Origin: Nanobdellota archaeon
Lineage (GTDB): Archaea > Nanobdellota > Nanobdellia > Pacearchaeales > GW2011-AR1
Reading direction: 5' to 3'
NCBI GenBank assembly: GCA_038045705.1
Contig: JBBSXO010000006.1
Coordinates: forward strand, 1 to 64,000
Length of the DNA: 64,000 nucleotides
Shown here: positions 28,820 through 39,143 of the stretch, piece by piece
Position numbering within the stretch: position 1 is the first letter of the stretch
How the letters are laid out: every line of letters begins with the position of its first letter
Translations under genes and position numbers: made by a program
Notes under the pieces: model-generated
The model's input: only the letters and a program-made list of their open reading frames with translations
The model's database searches: none
Told to the model about the DNA's origin: nothing

Positions 28820-29842
28820 ATGCAATATATCAATAATATGTCAAAAGCACGCTGTTTAATATCAGAAACTCATGACCCATTTTTTAATTTAGCAACTGAA
28901 GACTGGATTTTCAAAGACATGTCCACAGAAGAACACATACTGTTTCTTTGGAGAAATAATAAAACTGTAGTCATAGGAAGAAACCAAAATCCATGGGCAG
29001 AATGTAATATTAACAAATTAGGAGAAAATAAAGTTAATTTAGTAAGAAGACAGAGTGGAGGTGGAGCAGTATTCCAAGATTTAGGAAACACCAACTTTAC
29101 ATTTCTTTCGTCAAGAAGTGAATATGACAGAAAGAGAAATTTTGATATTATAATTAGAGCATTAGAGAAATTTGGAATAAAAGCAGAACAATCAGGTAGA
29201 AATGATATTTTAGTAGATGGTAAGAAAATATCTGGCAGTGCCTTTAAGGAAAATCCAGACAGAGCATTCCATCACGGAACTCTCCTAATAAATGTAAATT
29301 TAAATGAGTTAGCAGATTATCTTACACCTTCCCCAAAAAAGCTTTTAGCAAAAGGCACAACTTCAGTAAGATCAAGAGTTGCAAATTTAACTGAATTTAA
29401 TCAAGAAATCTCTCATGAAAAATTAACCGAAGCAATAATTGAAGAATTCTTTAAAACATATGAATCAGAAAAGAAAATAGAAAGCCTAAATAATGAAAAT
29501 CTAAAAATCATTCCAGAATTAAATAATTATTATCAATTTCTAAAAAGTAATGATTGGTGTTTTGGAGAAACGCCTCAATTTCAGCACCAGTTAACAGAAA
29601 GATTTGACTGGGCAACAGTGGATTTGCATCTAGACACAGATGGGGGAAAAATAAGCAAGGCAAAGCTATTCTCAGACTGTCTTGATACTCAGTTAATAGA
29701 AGAAATAGAAAGAGCAATTCACAACATTAATTATCACCCAGAACATATTTCAAATAGTTTAGAATTAGTAAAAGAACGGTTACCTCATGCATCAAGCCAA
29801 ATCCGAGATTTTCAAGATTGGATAAAGAGAGAAGTCACATAA
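28820..29842 (+). CDS. lplA: Lipoate-protein ligase A
   Basis: 'NLATED', 'IGRNQNPW', 'RRQSGGGAVFQD', 'KKISGSA', 'HHGTLL'. Confidence 0.93.
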   Translation: MQYINNMSKARCLISETHDPFFNLATEDWIFKDMSTEEHILFLWRNNKTVVIGRNQNPWAECNINKLGENKVNLVRRQSGGGAVFQDLGNTNFTFLSSRSEYDRKRNFDIIIRALEKFGIKAEQSGRNDILVDGKKISGSAFKENPDRAFHHGTLLINVNLNELADYLTPSPKKLLAKGTTSVRSRVANLTEFNQEISHEKLTEAIIEEFFKTYESEKKIESLNNENLKIIPELNNYYQFLKSNDWCFGETPQFQHQLTERFDWATVDLHLDTDGGKISKAKLFSDCLDTQLIEEIERAIHNINYHPEHISNSLELVKERLPHASSQIRDFQDWIKREVT

Positions 29843-29871
29843 TTTAAATACTGTTAGATAATCAAAAAAAC

Positions 29872-30550
29872 GTGTTTAAATTAAAAGTAGACTTTAATCA
29901 AGATGGAATTGAATCCGCAGTAGTTACAGACCAGATTTGATAAAGTATTAAGAACCTTAAATCCTAATGGTTATGATGTTGTTTCTCTACAAATTAATGC
30001 TTATTTAAGAATAATTGAAGGAAGAAAAGCAACAGTTACTAAAAAAGGGAACTATGTATTGCATGGAATTGCTTATGTAGAAAATAGCTATCCATTATTT
30101 ATAAGAGAATCTCCCCTCATTACAGATCCAAACCTAGCAGAACTAGCAGTAGAAGCAAATAAGAAAATGGCGTATTTTAGAACAGAAAATAGAGATTTGT
30201 ATGAACAGAGTCTTGCAATTGCTCGTGATGAAGAAGGAATAGAACCATTTAAAAGAAGAGTTTTAGTCCTGCCATCAAAAGAACCATTTAAGTTATCAGA
30301 TATAGATAATTCTGAGACTTTTGAAGGAATCTTCGGAGAGCATAGGGGAGATTATCTTCAATTTCTAAGAATGAACAGTCTAATTTTCTACCCCGTTAGA
30401 ACTGATGAAATAGATTCAAAAGAAAGAACATTGTTGACACAAATGTGGTTTGGCAAACGATATGGTTCCAGTAGATCAAACCTATGCGGTAATGATATTT
30501 CACTAAATAAACGCAGAAGTGTTAGAGGAATAAAGAAGTTATCTGCTTAA
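29872..30550 (+). pseudogene. Paralog of the DGR target protein with degenerate VR, frameshifted near codon 21
   Basis: GTG start 'MFKLKVDFNQDGIESAVVTD', then +1 frame 'RFDKVLRTL...NAYLRIIEG...GNYVLHG...TQMWFG...RSNLCGN...VRGI', collinear with 26497-27306. Confidence 0.8.
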
Positions 30551-30673
30551 GTTCACTCTAGTTCTCAAACAACCCACATTATTCAAGAGTATTCCAAAAC
30601 ATTTAGAAATCACATGATTTTATACGTATTTTTATCAGTAAGATTTATATACTATTTACATATTATCATACGT

Positions 30674-31009
30674 ATGGATTTAAGTAAGGAAGACATAATA
30701 AGAATCAATAAAGGCTTTGGAGGATATCCAAGAAACGAATCTAGTCTTGACTTTGCAATTAAACAACAAGAAAGTAAAAAACTTGGAAATTACAAAAAAC
30801 TAGCTTATCTATTTAGATCAATACTTGTAGATCATCCATTTAGCGATGGGAATAAACGTACTGCAATGTTTTTAGCTCTAGCTTTTGCAGATGAAAACCA
30901 TAAAACTGTTAATAGAGATTTATTACTTCACCATATATTATCAATAGCTTCGAAAAATCTAACTCAAATTCGAGCAATCGAGGAGCGTCTAAAAAATGCA
31001 ATTAACTGA
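30674..31009 (+). CDS. Doc/Fic-family toxin
   Basis: 'HPFSDGNKRTA' Doc motif. Confidence 0.85.
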   Translation: MDLSKEDIIRINKGFGGYPRNESSLDFAIKQQESKKLGNYKKLAYLFRSILVDHPFSDGNKRTAMFLALAFADENHKTVNRDLLLHHILSIASKNLTQIRAIEERLKNAIN

Positions 31010-31208
31010 AGAAAAAATAAAACATATCTTGCACAAATATAAAGAAATGTTTGAAATACTTGAGCAATATGATAAGACAAGAGAATGGCCCATAGGAAGA
31101 GCAAAAATAAATCTTACTTTAAGCAAGAGAGTGATTCAGAAACTAAGAAGAATAAAAGAGAAAACAGGTAAATCAATATCTCTAATTATTGAAGAAGCAG
31201 TTTCTTAA
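30996..31208 (+). CDS. Small RHH-like protein, putative antitoxin
   Basis: 'INLTLSKRVIQKL...TGKSISLIIEEAV'; overlaps the Doc stop. Confidence 0.65.
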   Translation: MQLTEEKIKHILHKYKEMFEILEQYDKTREWPIGRAKINLTLSKRVIQKLRRIKEKTGKSISLIIEEAVS

Positions 31209-32344
31209 GCCTCTTCCAATTCACCAACAACACCCGCATTCTTAGCACTATTCTCTCCACTAGTAGTCTTTGTAATAATCTTATTATCTCTAGAAGACTG
31301 TTCTCTTTGTTCTTTCAAGTCTTCAGTAAGATTCTCATACAAATAGTCAAACATTTCAGTAGGTTGTTGAGGTTTAGAGCTTTCAGCATTCTTAACAGCT
31401 ATTTCGATTTGTTGTTCAGCTTCAGCTTTAACTTTTCCAATAATCACAGGATTGATAATTTTCTTTTGTATTAAGTAGTTTTCAAATCTTAATATTGGAT
31501 CCTTTGACACCCATGAATGCATTTCTTCTTCAGACCTATATCTCTTCGAATCATCTGAAGTAGTATGATCTGCAAGTCTATAAGTAAAACATTCAATCAA
31601 TGTAGCCCCATCTCCACGTCTAGCACGTTCAACAGCTTCACTCGTTGCCTTGTAAACGGCAAAAACATCATTGCCATCAACTTGAATGCCTGGAATTCCA
31701 TAAGCAATAGACTTTTGCGCAATAGTTTGTGAAGCAGTCTGTTCTTTAACTGGCACAGAAATAGCCCACTGATTATTTTGACATATAAAAACACAAGGTG
31801 CTTTGAAAACTCCTGCAAAATTAAGCGCCTCATGAAAGTCTCCTTCTGAAGTTGCTCCATCTCCAAAATAAGTAACTGCAACATTTTTTTTATTAAGATA
31901 ATTAAAAGCCATTCCAGCGCCAACGGCATGAGGCAGATGCGCTCCAACAGTTATTGAAACAGGTAATATATTTACACCTTTAGGAATCTGCATTCCTCTT
32001 TCATCACCCATCCAGTATCTATAAAGCATTTCAGCATTTACTCCTTTAATCATATAAACTCCATTTTCACGAAACGCGGGAAAAACCCAATCATCTTTTT
32101 GCAAAGCAAAGACACTTCCTATCTGACAAGCCTCCTGTCCTCGCATAGGTGCATAAGTTCCGAGCCTTCCCTGCCTCTGTAACTTCAGCGCCTTATCATC
32201 GAAAGCGCGAGTCAAAATAAGTGATTTATACATCTCTTTTAATACATCATCAGAAATCTTAGGTTTTAACTTTTCATCACATACAGCATTTTCATCAAGA
32301 ATCTGTAAATATTTAACTTCAAAGTTAGCAATCACCTTTTCCAT
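31205..32344 (-). CDS. pdhA: Pyruvate dehydrogenase E1 alpha
   Basis: 'LQRQGRLGTY', TPP motif 'GDGATSEGDF...NN', 'HTTSDD'. Confidence 0.93.
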   Translation of the reverse strand: MEKVIANFEVKYLQILDENAVCDEKLKPKISDDVLKEMYKSLILTRAFDDKALKLQRQGRLGTYAPMRGQEACQIGSVFALQKDDWVFPAFRENGVYMIKGVNAEMLYRYWMGDERGMQIPKGVNILPVSITVGAHLPHAVGAGMAFNYLNKKNVAVTYFGDGATSEGDFHEALNFAGVFKAPCVFICQNNQWAISVPVKEQTASQTIAQKSIAYGIPGIQVDGNDVFAVYKATSEAVERARRGDGATLIECFTYRLADHTTSDDSKRYRSEEEMHSWVSKDPILRFENYLIQKKIINPVIIGKVKAEAEQQIEIAVKNAESSKPQQPTEMFDYLYENLTEDLKEQREQSSRDNKIITKTTSGENSAKNAGVVGELEEA

Positions 32345-32345
32345 T

Positions 32346-32750
32346 TTAGATTATTTTCAACCCCCTAATTTTCTCAAAATCTTTTTTATTATTGGTCTTT
32401 AATGAATAGCCTAATTTTAAAGCAATTGCTCCAATAAACATATCTTTGAAATCAATTATGTTACCTTCAGAACTAAGTTTTGCAAGTTGTTGAGCAGCTT
32501 CTCGTGCAGTTTCTTTGTCAAGAGTTAAAATAGTTAAATTATCTAATAAATGATTAACAGCTATAATACTATTGTCTGGGTCAGTAGATTTATAAGACCC
32601 ATAATATAATTCAAAAATATTAATAGTAGTGGTCGCTAATTGGAAATTATCTTCATTCTCTTCAAACCATTTCAAAGTATTATCTTTTTTTCTTAACAAA
32701 TCTACTAGAACATCAGTATCTATACAGAGGGTATCTTCCATCTTTTCCAT
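32346..32750 (-). CDS. vapC: PIN-domain VapC toxin
   Basis: 'IDTDVLVD', 'DMFIGAIA', 'TNNKKDF'. Confidence 0.88.
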   Translation of the reverse strand: MEKMEDTLCIDTDVLVDLLRKKDNTLKWFEENEDNFQLATTTINIFELYYGSYKSTDPDNSIIAVNHLLDNLTILTLDKETAREAAQQLAKLSSEGNIIDFKDMFIGAIALKLGYSLKTNNKKDFEKIRGLKII

Positions 32751-32971
32751 CCTCTTTTAAGTTCATTTCTAATATTTTTCCATTCTTCATCAGTCATTTT
32801 CCAACTTCCAGCTAACTCACTCAATTTCATTTTTTTCACATTTTTTGATGCTAAATCATTAATTGCATCATCAAAAGAAGCTTTTTTTCCTTTAATCTTC
32901 TGAATTTCAGTGGCTATTTCCAGAAGTTTTCTATAATTATCTTCACTAATCTTTATTGTTTTAGACACCAT
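32720..32971 (-). CDS. VapB-type antitoxin
   Basis: 'KTIKISEDNY..L...SFDDAI...LAGSW'; overlaps vapC. Confidence 0.8.
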   Translation of the reverse strand: MVSKTIKISEDNYRKLLEIATEIQKIKGKKASFDDAINDLASKNVKKMKLSELAGSWKMTDEEWKNIRNELKRGWKRWKIPSV

Positions 32972-33017
32972 ATTACTACTAAGTAACCAAGTAACTTAGT
33001 GTATTTAAACTTTTCTT

Positions 33018-33281
33018 TTACCCTTTAGCCCACTTCTTCAAATCTTCGTAAGTTCCAGAGCCACAAATAAACTTACCAGTTTTATCATTATAAAAAAAAG
33101 GAACTCCACCACAACGGCCTTTATCCAAATCCTGCAACTTCTTAGCATTTGCACCATTATGCCATGTTTCAACTTGTTCAACTTTCACTTTAAGCTCTTT
33201 CTCAAGTTTTTCAACAAGTGGCATCATCTCATGGCAATGCACACATTCAGTTCCATAAAACATTAACAAAGCCATAGTCAA
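33018..33281 (-). CDS. Thioredoxin/glutaredoxin-like protein
   Basis: 'CVHC' and 'GVPFF'. Confidence 0.85.
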   Translation of the reverse strand: MTMALLMFYGTECVHCHEMMPLVEKLEKELKVKVEQVETWHNGANAKKLQDLDKGRCGGVPFFYNDKTGKFICGSGTYEDLKKWAKG

Positions 33282-33361
33282 AACAAACTTAGAGTATATT
33301 TAAATTTTAACTTTTATTTTACAAGATTTGTTAATGGATTTTTCCAAATCTCCAAGTATTT

Positions 33362-33787
33362 CTATTGTTCCCATACTCTTCCACCATAAAAATCTTGTAA
33401 AACTAATTTAGCATCTTGAACTATTTTAGCGCCTTCTTGTCCACCACAATATTCTAATTTACACATAACCCCAGGTTTGCCAGTAGAACGAGAACCCCCA
33501 ATAGCACCAGGCATGCCTTGATGATATGCTTGATAATCCCTTAAATCAATACTTAATTCTTGATTTCTTAGAGTATAAGCTTTGACATAGCCTCCTTTTC
33601 CAACTGCCCAATGAAGGGGAATAGGAACATCTTGAGAAGCTCTAATTGTAATATAAGAAACCACTTGAAGACAATCAGGAGGATCAAAACAAATATTTTT
33701 AGCGCTCATCTTTTCTAACAAATCACTTACAGGTTTAGTTCTGATTAAAATACCACCAGCAACAAAAATCTCATCATTTATTTTCAT
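33362..33787 (-). CDS. Hypothetical protein
   Basis: 141-aa ORF with TATA upstream. Confidence 0.55.
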   Translation of the reverse strand: MKINDEIFVAGGILIRTKPVSDLLEKMSAKNICFDPPDCLQVVSYITIRASQDVPIPLHWAVGKGGYVKAYTLRNQELSIDLRDYQAYHQGMPGAIGGSRSTGKPGVMCKLEYCGGQEGAKIVQDAKLVLQDFYGGRVWEQ

Positions 33788-33877
33788 CTAATTCACATCT
33801 AAAATTAACTTATAAATATAATTGCTTTGAATAGTATAAAACAATATCTATTTAATCTCTAAAATCTTTCTTTATTT

Positions 33878-34501
33878 ATGAAATCTGAATTGATGGATAT
33901 ACAAAAATCCCATCAGTTAATTAGTAATTTTATAGATATCCCAAAGTCACAGCTTATTCGTTCTATAAAAGAACTAAAAATGAAATCACCTCTAGTTCTA
34001 AAGATTATCTCTCCAGATGCAATTCATAAAACTGAAATAGGAGGAGTTTCAATAGTTCATAGAGATGAAGAAATAGAATCTTCATTTAACGAACTGATTG
34101 AAAATGCTAAAAAACATAGAATTAAATTAAAAGGGATACTTGCACAGGAATATATAGAAGGTCAACAATTAATTATAGGTCTAAAAAAAGATACAACTTT
34201 CAATCATGTTATTTTATTTGGTTTAGGTGGAATATTTACAGAACTATTAAATGATATTTCAATAAGAAAATGTCCAATAACAAAAGAAGAAGCACAAGAC
34301 ATGATAAACGAGTTAAAATCAAGAAAACTTTTCGAAGGTTTCAGAAACATAAAATTAAACATAGAAAAATTAAAAGAAGATCTAGTAGAAATTTCAAAAA
34401 TACCTCAGAAACATAAAAATATCGCTGAGCTAGATATAAATCCTTATGTCTTAAACAACAAAGAAGGTAAAGCCGTAGACGTAAGAATCGTTTTAGGATA
34501 A
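33878..34501 (+). CDS. acdB: ADP-forming acetate-CoA ligase, beta (ATP-grasp) subunit
   Basis: 'HKTEIGGV', 'FGLGGIFTE', 'ELDINP', 'AVDVRI'. Confidence 0.9.
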   Translation: MKSELMDIQKSHQLISNFIDIPKSQLIRSIKELKMKSPLVLKIISPDAIHKTEIGGVSIVHRDEEIESSFNELIENAKKHRIKLKGILAQEYIEGQQLIIGLKKDTTFNHVILFGLGGIFTELLNDISIRKCPITKEEAQDMINELKSRKLFEGFRNIKLNIEKLKEDLVEISKIPQKHKNIAELDINPYVLNNKEGKAVDVRIVLG

Positions 34502-34512
34502 ATAAATTCTAG

Positions 34513-34824
34513 TTATTTTCTTTTCTTAAACTTTCTCCAAATCAGTGAAAAAAGAAGAGACAATAAAACGAATTCCACAATGGTAATAATAATCATAATC
34601 AAAAGAGCAAAAAAAGTTTTTGGTCCAAACCCATCACTTTCTCCAAATACAAACAAGATAAAACTTTGAGGAGCCACTGGCAAGAAAAATATTGAAATAG
34701 CATCACATATCTCGCCCTTATAAATATAATGTGCCGGGTTCCATTGACACTTCAACATTCCCACAATCGCTATAACTGAAAACAAAACTCCTATAATCAG
34801 ACCTACAACTATCTCTTTTCTCAT
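34513..34824 (-). CDS. Small membrane protein
   Basis: Hydrophobic helices. Confidence 0.6.
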   Translation of the reverse strand: MRKEIVVGLIIGVLFSVIAIVGMLKCQWNPAHYIYKGEICDAISIFFLPVAPQSFILFVFGESDGFGPKTFFALLIMIIITIVEFVLLSLLFSLIWRKFKKRK

Positions 34825-34829
34825 CTAAA

Positions 34830-35651
34830 TTAAATTTTAACTTTAGAAACAGGAACAAGATCTTTCCATGTATTTTCAACCATTTGGTTCATAGACTTAG
34901 CAAAATAATCGCTTGACAACCAAACTCCGAAGTCATAATTTGGATGAACCGTCTTATCATCAAGCAACAAAAGCATTATTTGCTCATTGTCAATAATGGC
35001 AAATCTACCATGGGGTTTATCAAGATGCCTCATATCAGCTATCTTCGAAAGCTCACGGGCAAATTTAACATTTTCAGCATTTATTGGAGCAGCTATCTTC
35101 AAAGCAACCCCTCTCTTCTTAGCTTTTTCAAGACTAGGCATAAGTGACTCGAACTTTCTATTTAGACCCTCAGAAGTTGTAATAATGACTGCATTCTTTT
35201 TAGCATTTCTCAGCATCATATCCATATGACTGTAAATATTTTGTCTGCCCTTCAAACTTCCAGATAAATCTGAAGGTTCTACATATTTAACACCATTCTC
35301 ATACAAAGAAGCAAGTTCATTCAAAACATCTCCACCTTTTATTTCTTCAAGGTATTTCGTTTTTTCCTGGGCAATATTCAACATATGTTTCTTCACTCTA
35401 TCAACAACTTCATCTGGCTTAAGAGCTAAGAACTTAATCGGCTTTCCAAGTTTCATTACAACAAAGCCCTTCTTTTCCAAAGACTCAAGAATATCATAAG
35501 TTCTACTTCTAGGAACATCAGAGATAGTGCTTAACTCTCCAGCAGTCGAAACACCTCTAGAAAGCAAAGAAGTCCAGACCTTCACCTCATACAAGTTAAG
35601 GTCAAAGATCTTACGAAGTCTGCTTAAAAATTCCGCGTTTACAATCATCAA
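34830..35651 (-). CDS. TrmB-family transcriptional regulator
   Basis: 'LNLYEVKVW..LL', 'VPRSRTYDILESLEKKG'. Confidence 0.9.
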   Translation of the reverse strand: MMIVNAEFLSRLRKIFDLNLYEVKVWTSLLSRGVSTAGELSTISDVPRSRTYDILESLEKKGFVVMKLGKPIKFLALKPDEVVDRVKKHMLNIAQEKTKYLEEIKGGDVLNELASLYENGVKYVEPSDLSGSLKGRQNIYSHMDMMLRNAKKNAVIITTSEGLNRKFESLMPSLEKAKKRGVALKIAAPINAENVKFARELSKIADMRHLDKPHGRFAIIDNEQIMLLLLDDKTVHPNYDFGVWLSSDYFAKSMNQMVENTWKDLVPVSKVKI

Positions 35652-35698
35652 ACAAAACAGAGCTCGCGACTATTTAAATCTTTTCAGAAATTTACTCT

Positions 35699-38479
35699 TT
35701 AAAATTTAAATCCAATTTCTTCGTCTTTAACTTTCAAAAAAGTCCATTTTATATTTTTATCGTCGGAAAAATATAGCTTGTTGGCACCAACCCTTTTAGA
35801 TATAAAATCAACATAAGGACTCAAAGAGACCTTCATTTTATTACTAAGGTACAACTCAAGAGTAATTCTTTCCTCTTTCTTCATATTTCTTTCCTTTCGC
35901 ACAGATTGTATTTTTCTGGCAATTTCACGCGCAAAGCCTTCGGCTTCAAGTTCAGGAGTAATATTTAAGTCCAGTGTAATTATTTCTTGATCTCCTTTTT
36001 CAAATTCTAGTGTTTTAAGATTGAGCTGCTTGAGAATAAGCTCATTTAATTCTTCATTTAATTTCATTTTAGTCTTTATTATGGCACCTCCTAGAGGCCA
36101 TCTTAGTCCAATTTTAGCTTTATCCCTTTCAGCAAGTCCCTTTTCAATTAATTTGAGTGCATAAGTAAATTCACTCTCCAATTCAATTTTTATTTTCTTT
36201 TTATCTCCTTGTGGCCACACTGAAAAATGAACAGATTTATCTTGGAAATCAGAATAGATTACTTCAGAAATATTTGGCGCATAAGGAGCAAGCATTCTAA
36301 CAATATTCTCTATTATTTCAGAAATAATCTCTTTGACTCCTTTGTCTTCTCTGTCTCTTATAATTTTAATATAAGTTTTAGAGAAATCATCAACTATAAA
36401 TTCCATTAATGGATTTAATGCTCTTTCAATTTGATAATTCTCTAAATTAGTTGTTACTGTATCAATTGTAGAATTTAATCTAGAAATAATCCATTTATCT
36501 TCTATTCTATATTTTGTTTTTTTTGTATTATTCAGTTCTTTATAGAATTGATGAAGATTCAGTAGAGTATTCATGAAAGGCATAATTTCTTTCTTTACAG
36601 TTTCAATTCCGAATTTCTTGGAGTTCCCTATTTCAACAGTACAGAACTGTAATCTTGTTGCGTCAACTCCCAACGTATCAAGAACCATGTCGTGATCTAA
36701 TATATTTCCTTTACTCTTACTCATTTTTTCTCCTTTTTCATCGACAATATGTCCTGCACAAATAACATTTCTGTAAGCTACATCATCAAATAATACCGTT
36801 GCAATAACATGTAATGTGTAAAACCATCCTCTTGTTTGATCAATTGCTTCAGTAATGAAATCATAAGGGAATCTCTTTGCAAATTTGTCTTTGTTTTCAA
36901 ATGGATAGTGAAATTGAGCAAAACTTGCGCACCCAGAATCGTACCAACAGTCAATTACATCTGACACTCTTCTCATTTCTTTCTTGCATTTTTTACATGT
37001 GAATGTTATATCATCTATCCAAGGTTTGTGTAAGTCTATTTCTTTGTCTGTTATTTTTTTATTAGATTTATTTTTTAATTCTTCAATACCTCCAATTATT
37101 TCTTCTTCACCGCAAGAACATCTCCATATTGGCAAAGGAGTTCCCCAGAATTTCTTTCTTGATAATGCCCAGTCTTTTACATTCTTTAGCCACTCGCCAA
37201 ATCTTCCTTCTTTTATGTGTTTAGGAGTCCAATTTATTTTTTTATTTAGTTCTATTAATTTATCTTTGTATTTTGTGACGCGAATAAACCATGATTTGAT
37301 TGCATAATACATTAATGGAGTATCACATCTCCAACAGAAAGGATATTCATGTTCATATCTTATTTTCTTGAATAGTTTGCCTTCTGTTTTCAGTCTGATT
37401 ATTATGGGTAAATTTGCGTCTTTGATGAATATATCTTTGTAGTCAGCTACTTCGTGAGTAAATTTACCATTTTCATCGATAGGTTGTACAAATGGTAATT
37501 TCTCTTTTTTGCAAACTTCATAGTCCACTTCTCCAAAAGCAGGAGCCATGTGTACTAAACCAGTTCCATCAGTTTCAGTAACAAAATCTCCAGAAATTAC
37601 TCTAAATGCATCTAAATCCTTAAAGTAAGGGAATAGTGGTTCATATTTCATGTCAACAAGCTTACTTCCCTTCACTGTTTTGACTATTTTTGCTTCAGGG
37701 AAGTGAGTTTTAGTAAGTTCTTTTGCAATTACTAGTGTCTGTCCTGTTTCTTTATCATGAACATAATTATAATCTATTTCAGAGTTAACTGCAATACCCA
37801 CATTAGAAGGCAATGTCCAAGGAGTTGTTGTAAATACTAAGAAATATTCGTCTTTTTTATCTTTTACTTTGAACTTTACTATTATTGAATCATCTTTTAC
37901 ATTTTTGTAGCCTTGAGCAACTTCGTGACTTGATAGGGGAGTTTGACATCTTGGACAAAAAGGAACTACTTTATGAGATTCATACAAATCTTTTTTATTA
38001 TATAATTGTTTAAGTGACCACCATACACTTTCTATATAATTGTTGTCAAGAGTTTCGTAAGGTTCTTCCAAGTTGGTTTCGTAATCAAGTCTTGCAGTAG
38101 ATTTATTCCATGATTCTATATATGAAAATACACTTTTCTTACATTCATTTATGAAATTTGCTTCTCCAAAAGTCAGAATTTCCTTTTTGCTATTTAATTT
38201 AAGCTTTTTTTCTATTTGTACTTCAACAGGCAGTCCATGGCAATCCCATCCAGCTTTTCTAGGAACATTAAAGCCTTGCATATATCTGAATTTATTAATT
38301 ATGTCTTTGTAGGTTCTAACTTCAAGATGGTGTAATGCAGGAGGAGCGTTGGCAGTAGGAGGACCTTCTAAAAAACTGAATAACTTCTTTCTTTTAGGGT
38401 CATCTGCTACTCTTTTTGCAATATCCTTTTTAGTCAATATTTCAGAAGCCTTTCTTTCAATTTCCTTAAAATCGTACAT
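35699..38479 (-). CDS. ileS: Isoleucine-tRNA ligase
   Basis: 'EGPPTAN', 'GWDCHGLPVE', 'TTTPWTLP', 'DQTRGWFY', 'KMSKS'. Confidence 0.96.
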   Translation of the reverse strand: MYDFKEIERKASEILTKKDIAKRVADDPKRKKLFSFLEGPPTANAPPALHHLEVRTYKDIINKFRYMQGFNVPRKAGWDCHGLPVEVQIEKKLKLNSKKEILTFGEANFINECKKSVFSYIESWNKSTARLDYETNLEEPYETLDNNYIESVWWSLKQLYNKKDLYESHKVVPFCPRCQTPLSSHEVAQGYKNVKDDSIIVKFKVKDKKDEYFLVFTTTPWTLPSNVGIAVNSEIDYNYVHDKETGQTLVIAKELTKTHFPEAKIVKTVKGSKLVDMKYEPLFPYFKDLDAFRVISGDFVTETDGTGLVHMAPAFGEVDYEVCKKEKLPFVQPIDENGKFTHEVADYKDIFIKDANLPIIIRLKTEGKLFKKIRYEHEYPFCWRCDTPLMYYAIKSWFIRVTKYKDKLIELNKKINWTPKHIKEGRFGEWLKNVKDWALSRKKFWGTPLPIWRCSCGEEEIIGGIEELKNKSNKKITDKEIDLHKPWIDDITFTCKKCKKEMRRVSDVIDCWYDSGCASFAQFHYPFENKDKFAKRFPYDFITEAIDQTRGWFYTLHVIATVLFDDVAYRNVICAGHIVDEKGEKMSKSKGNILDHDMVLDTLGVDATRLQFCTVEIGNSKKFGIETVKKEIMPFMNTLLNLHQFYKELNNTKKTKYRIEDKWIISRLNSTIDTVTTNLENYQIERALNPLMEFIVDDFSKTYIKIIRDREDKGVKEIISEIIENIVRMLAPYAPNISEVIYSDFQDKSVHFSVWPQGDKKKIKIELESEFTYALKLIEKGLAERDKAKIGLRWPLGGAIIKTKMKLNEELNELILKQLNLKTLEFEKGDQEIITLDLNITPELEAEGFAREIARKIQSVRKERNMKKEERITLELYLSNKMKVSLSPYVDFISKRVGANKLYFSDDKNIKWTFLKVKDEEIGFKF

Positions 38480-38519
38480 TCTAATTTAATGGCTCTATTT
38501 GAGCTTTTATAGTTTACTT

Positions 38520-38771
38520 TTACCTATTCCTCTCAACAGCCCATCTTTTATCATATCTCTTCAAAACACTAACATAAGAAACAATACAAATGAACCCTAA
38601 GCTTAAAGTAATAATTTCATCATAAAATGAAAATATCATTGTTAAAACAAAAGATAATTCACAGAGTATTTTTATGTAGGCAAATCCGTCTATCAGCTCA
38701 TCATGGGCAAGTTTAGCAATAACAAAGCCAGTCGGTATTGCTAAAATCAGGATCAAAAAATAAAACAACAT
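38520..38771 (-). CDS. Small membrane protein
   Basis: 3 hydrophobic segments; coupled to the upstream gene. Confidence 0.6.
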   Translation of the reverse strand: MLFYFLILILAIPTGFVIAKLAHDELIDGFAYIKILCELSFVLTMIFSFYDEIITLSLGFICIVSYVSVLKRYDKRWAVERNR

Positions 38772-39142
38772 CAGTCAATCAAAAAGTCATCACTATCCCA
38801 GACTTTTAGTAAATCTTTAGAATCAAGTATTCCAACAAGTTTTCCTCTTAAATCTACGACAGGGAATATTCCTACTTCCTTTTCTCTAACTAACTCGATA
38901 GCTTTTTGTATTTTATCGCTGTCTTTTATAGTTATAACATTTTTAGTCATCACTTCAGAAACTTTCTTTGATTGTCCAAAATATTTTATCAAATCATGAT
39001 GTGTTATTATTCCAACAATCTTACTGTCTTTTTCGACAATCAAACTATTTATAGAATACTTAGTCATAATTTTAGCAGCTTCAGATAATGTAACATCTCT
39101 TTCAGTAACAACTGGCTTCTTCATTAAGTCTTTGATTTTCAT
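38771..39142 (-). CDS. CBS-pair protein
   Basis: 'KIKDLMKKPV', 'VGIITHHD', 'PVVD...LVGIL'. Confidence 0.88.
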   Translation of the reverse strand: MKIKDLMKKPVVTERDVTLSEAAKIMTKYSINSLIVEKDSKIVGIITHHDLIKYFGQSKKVSEVMTKNVITIKDSDKIQKAIELVREKEVGIFPVVDLRGKLVGILDSKDLLKVWDSDDFLID

Positions 39143-39143
39143 T

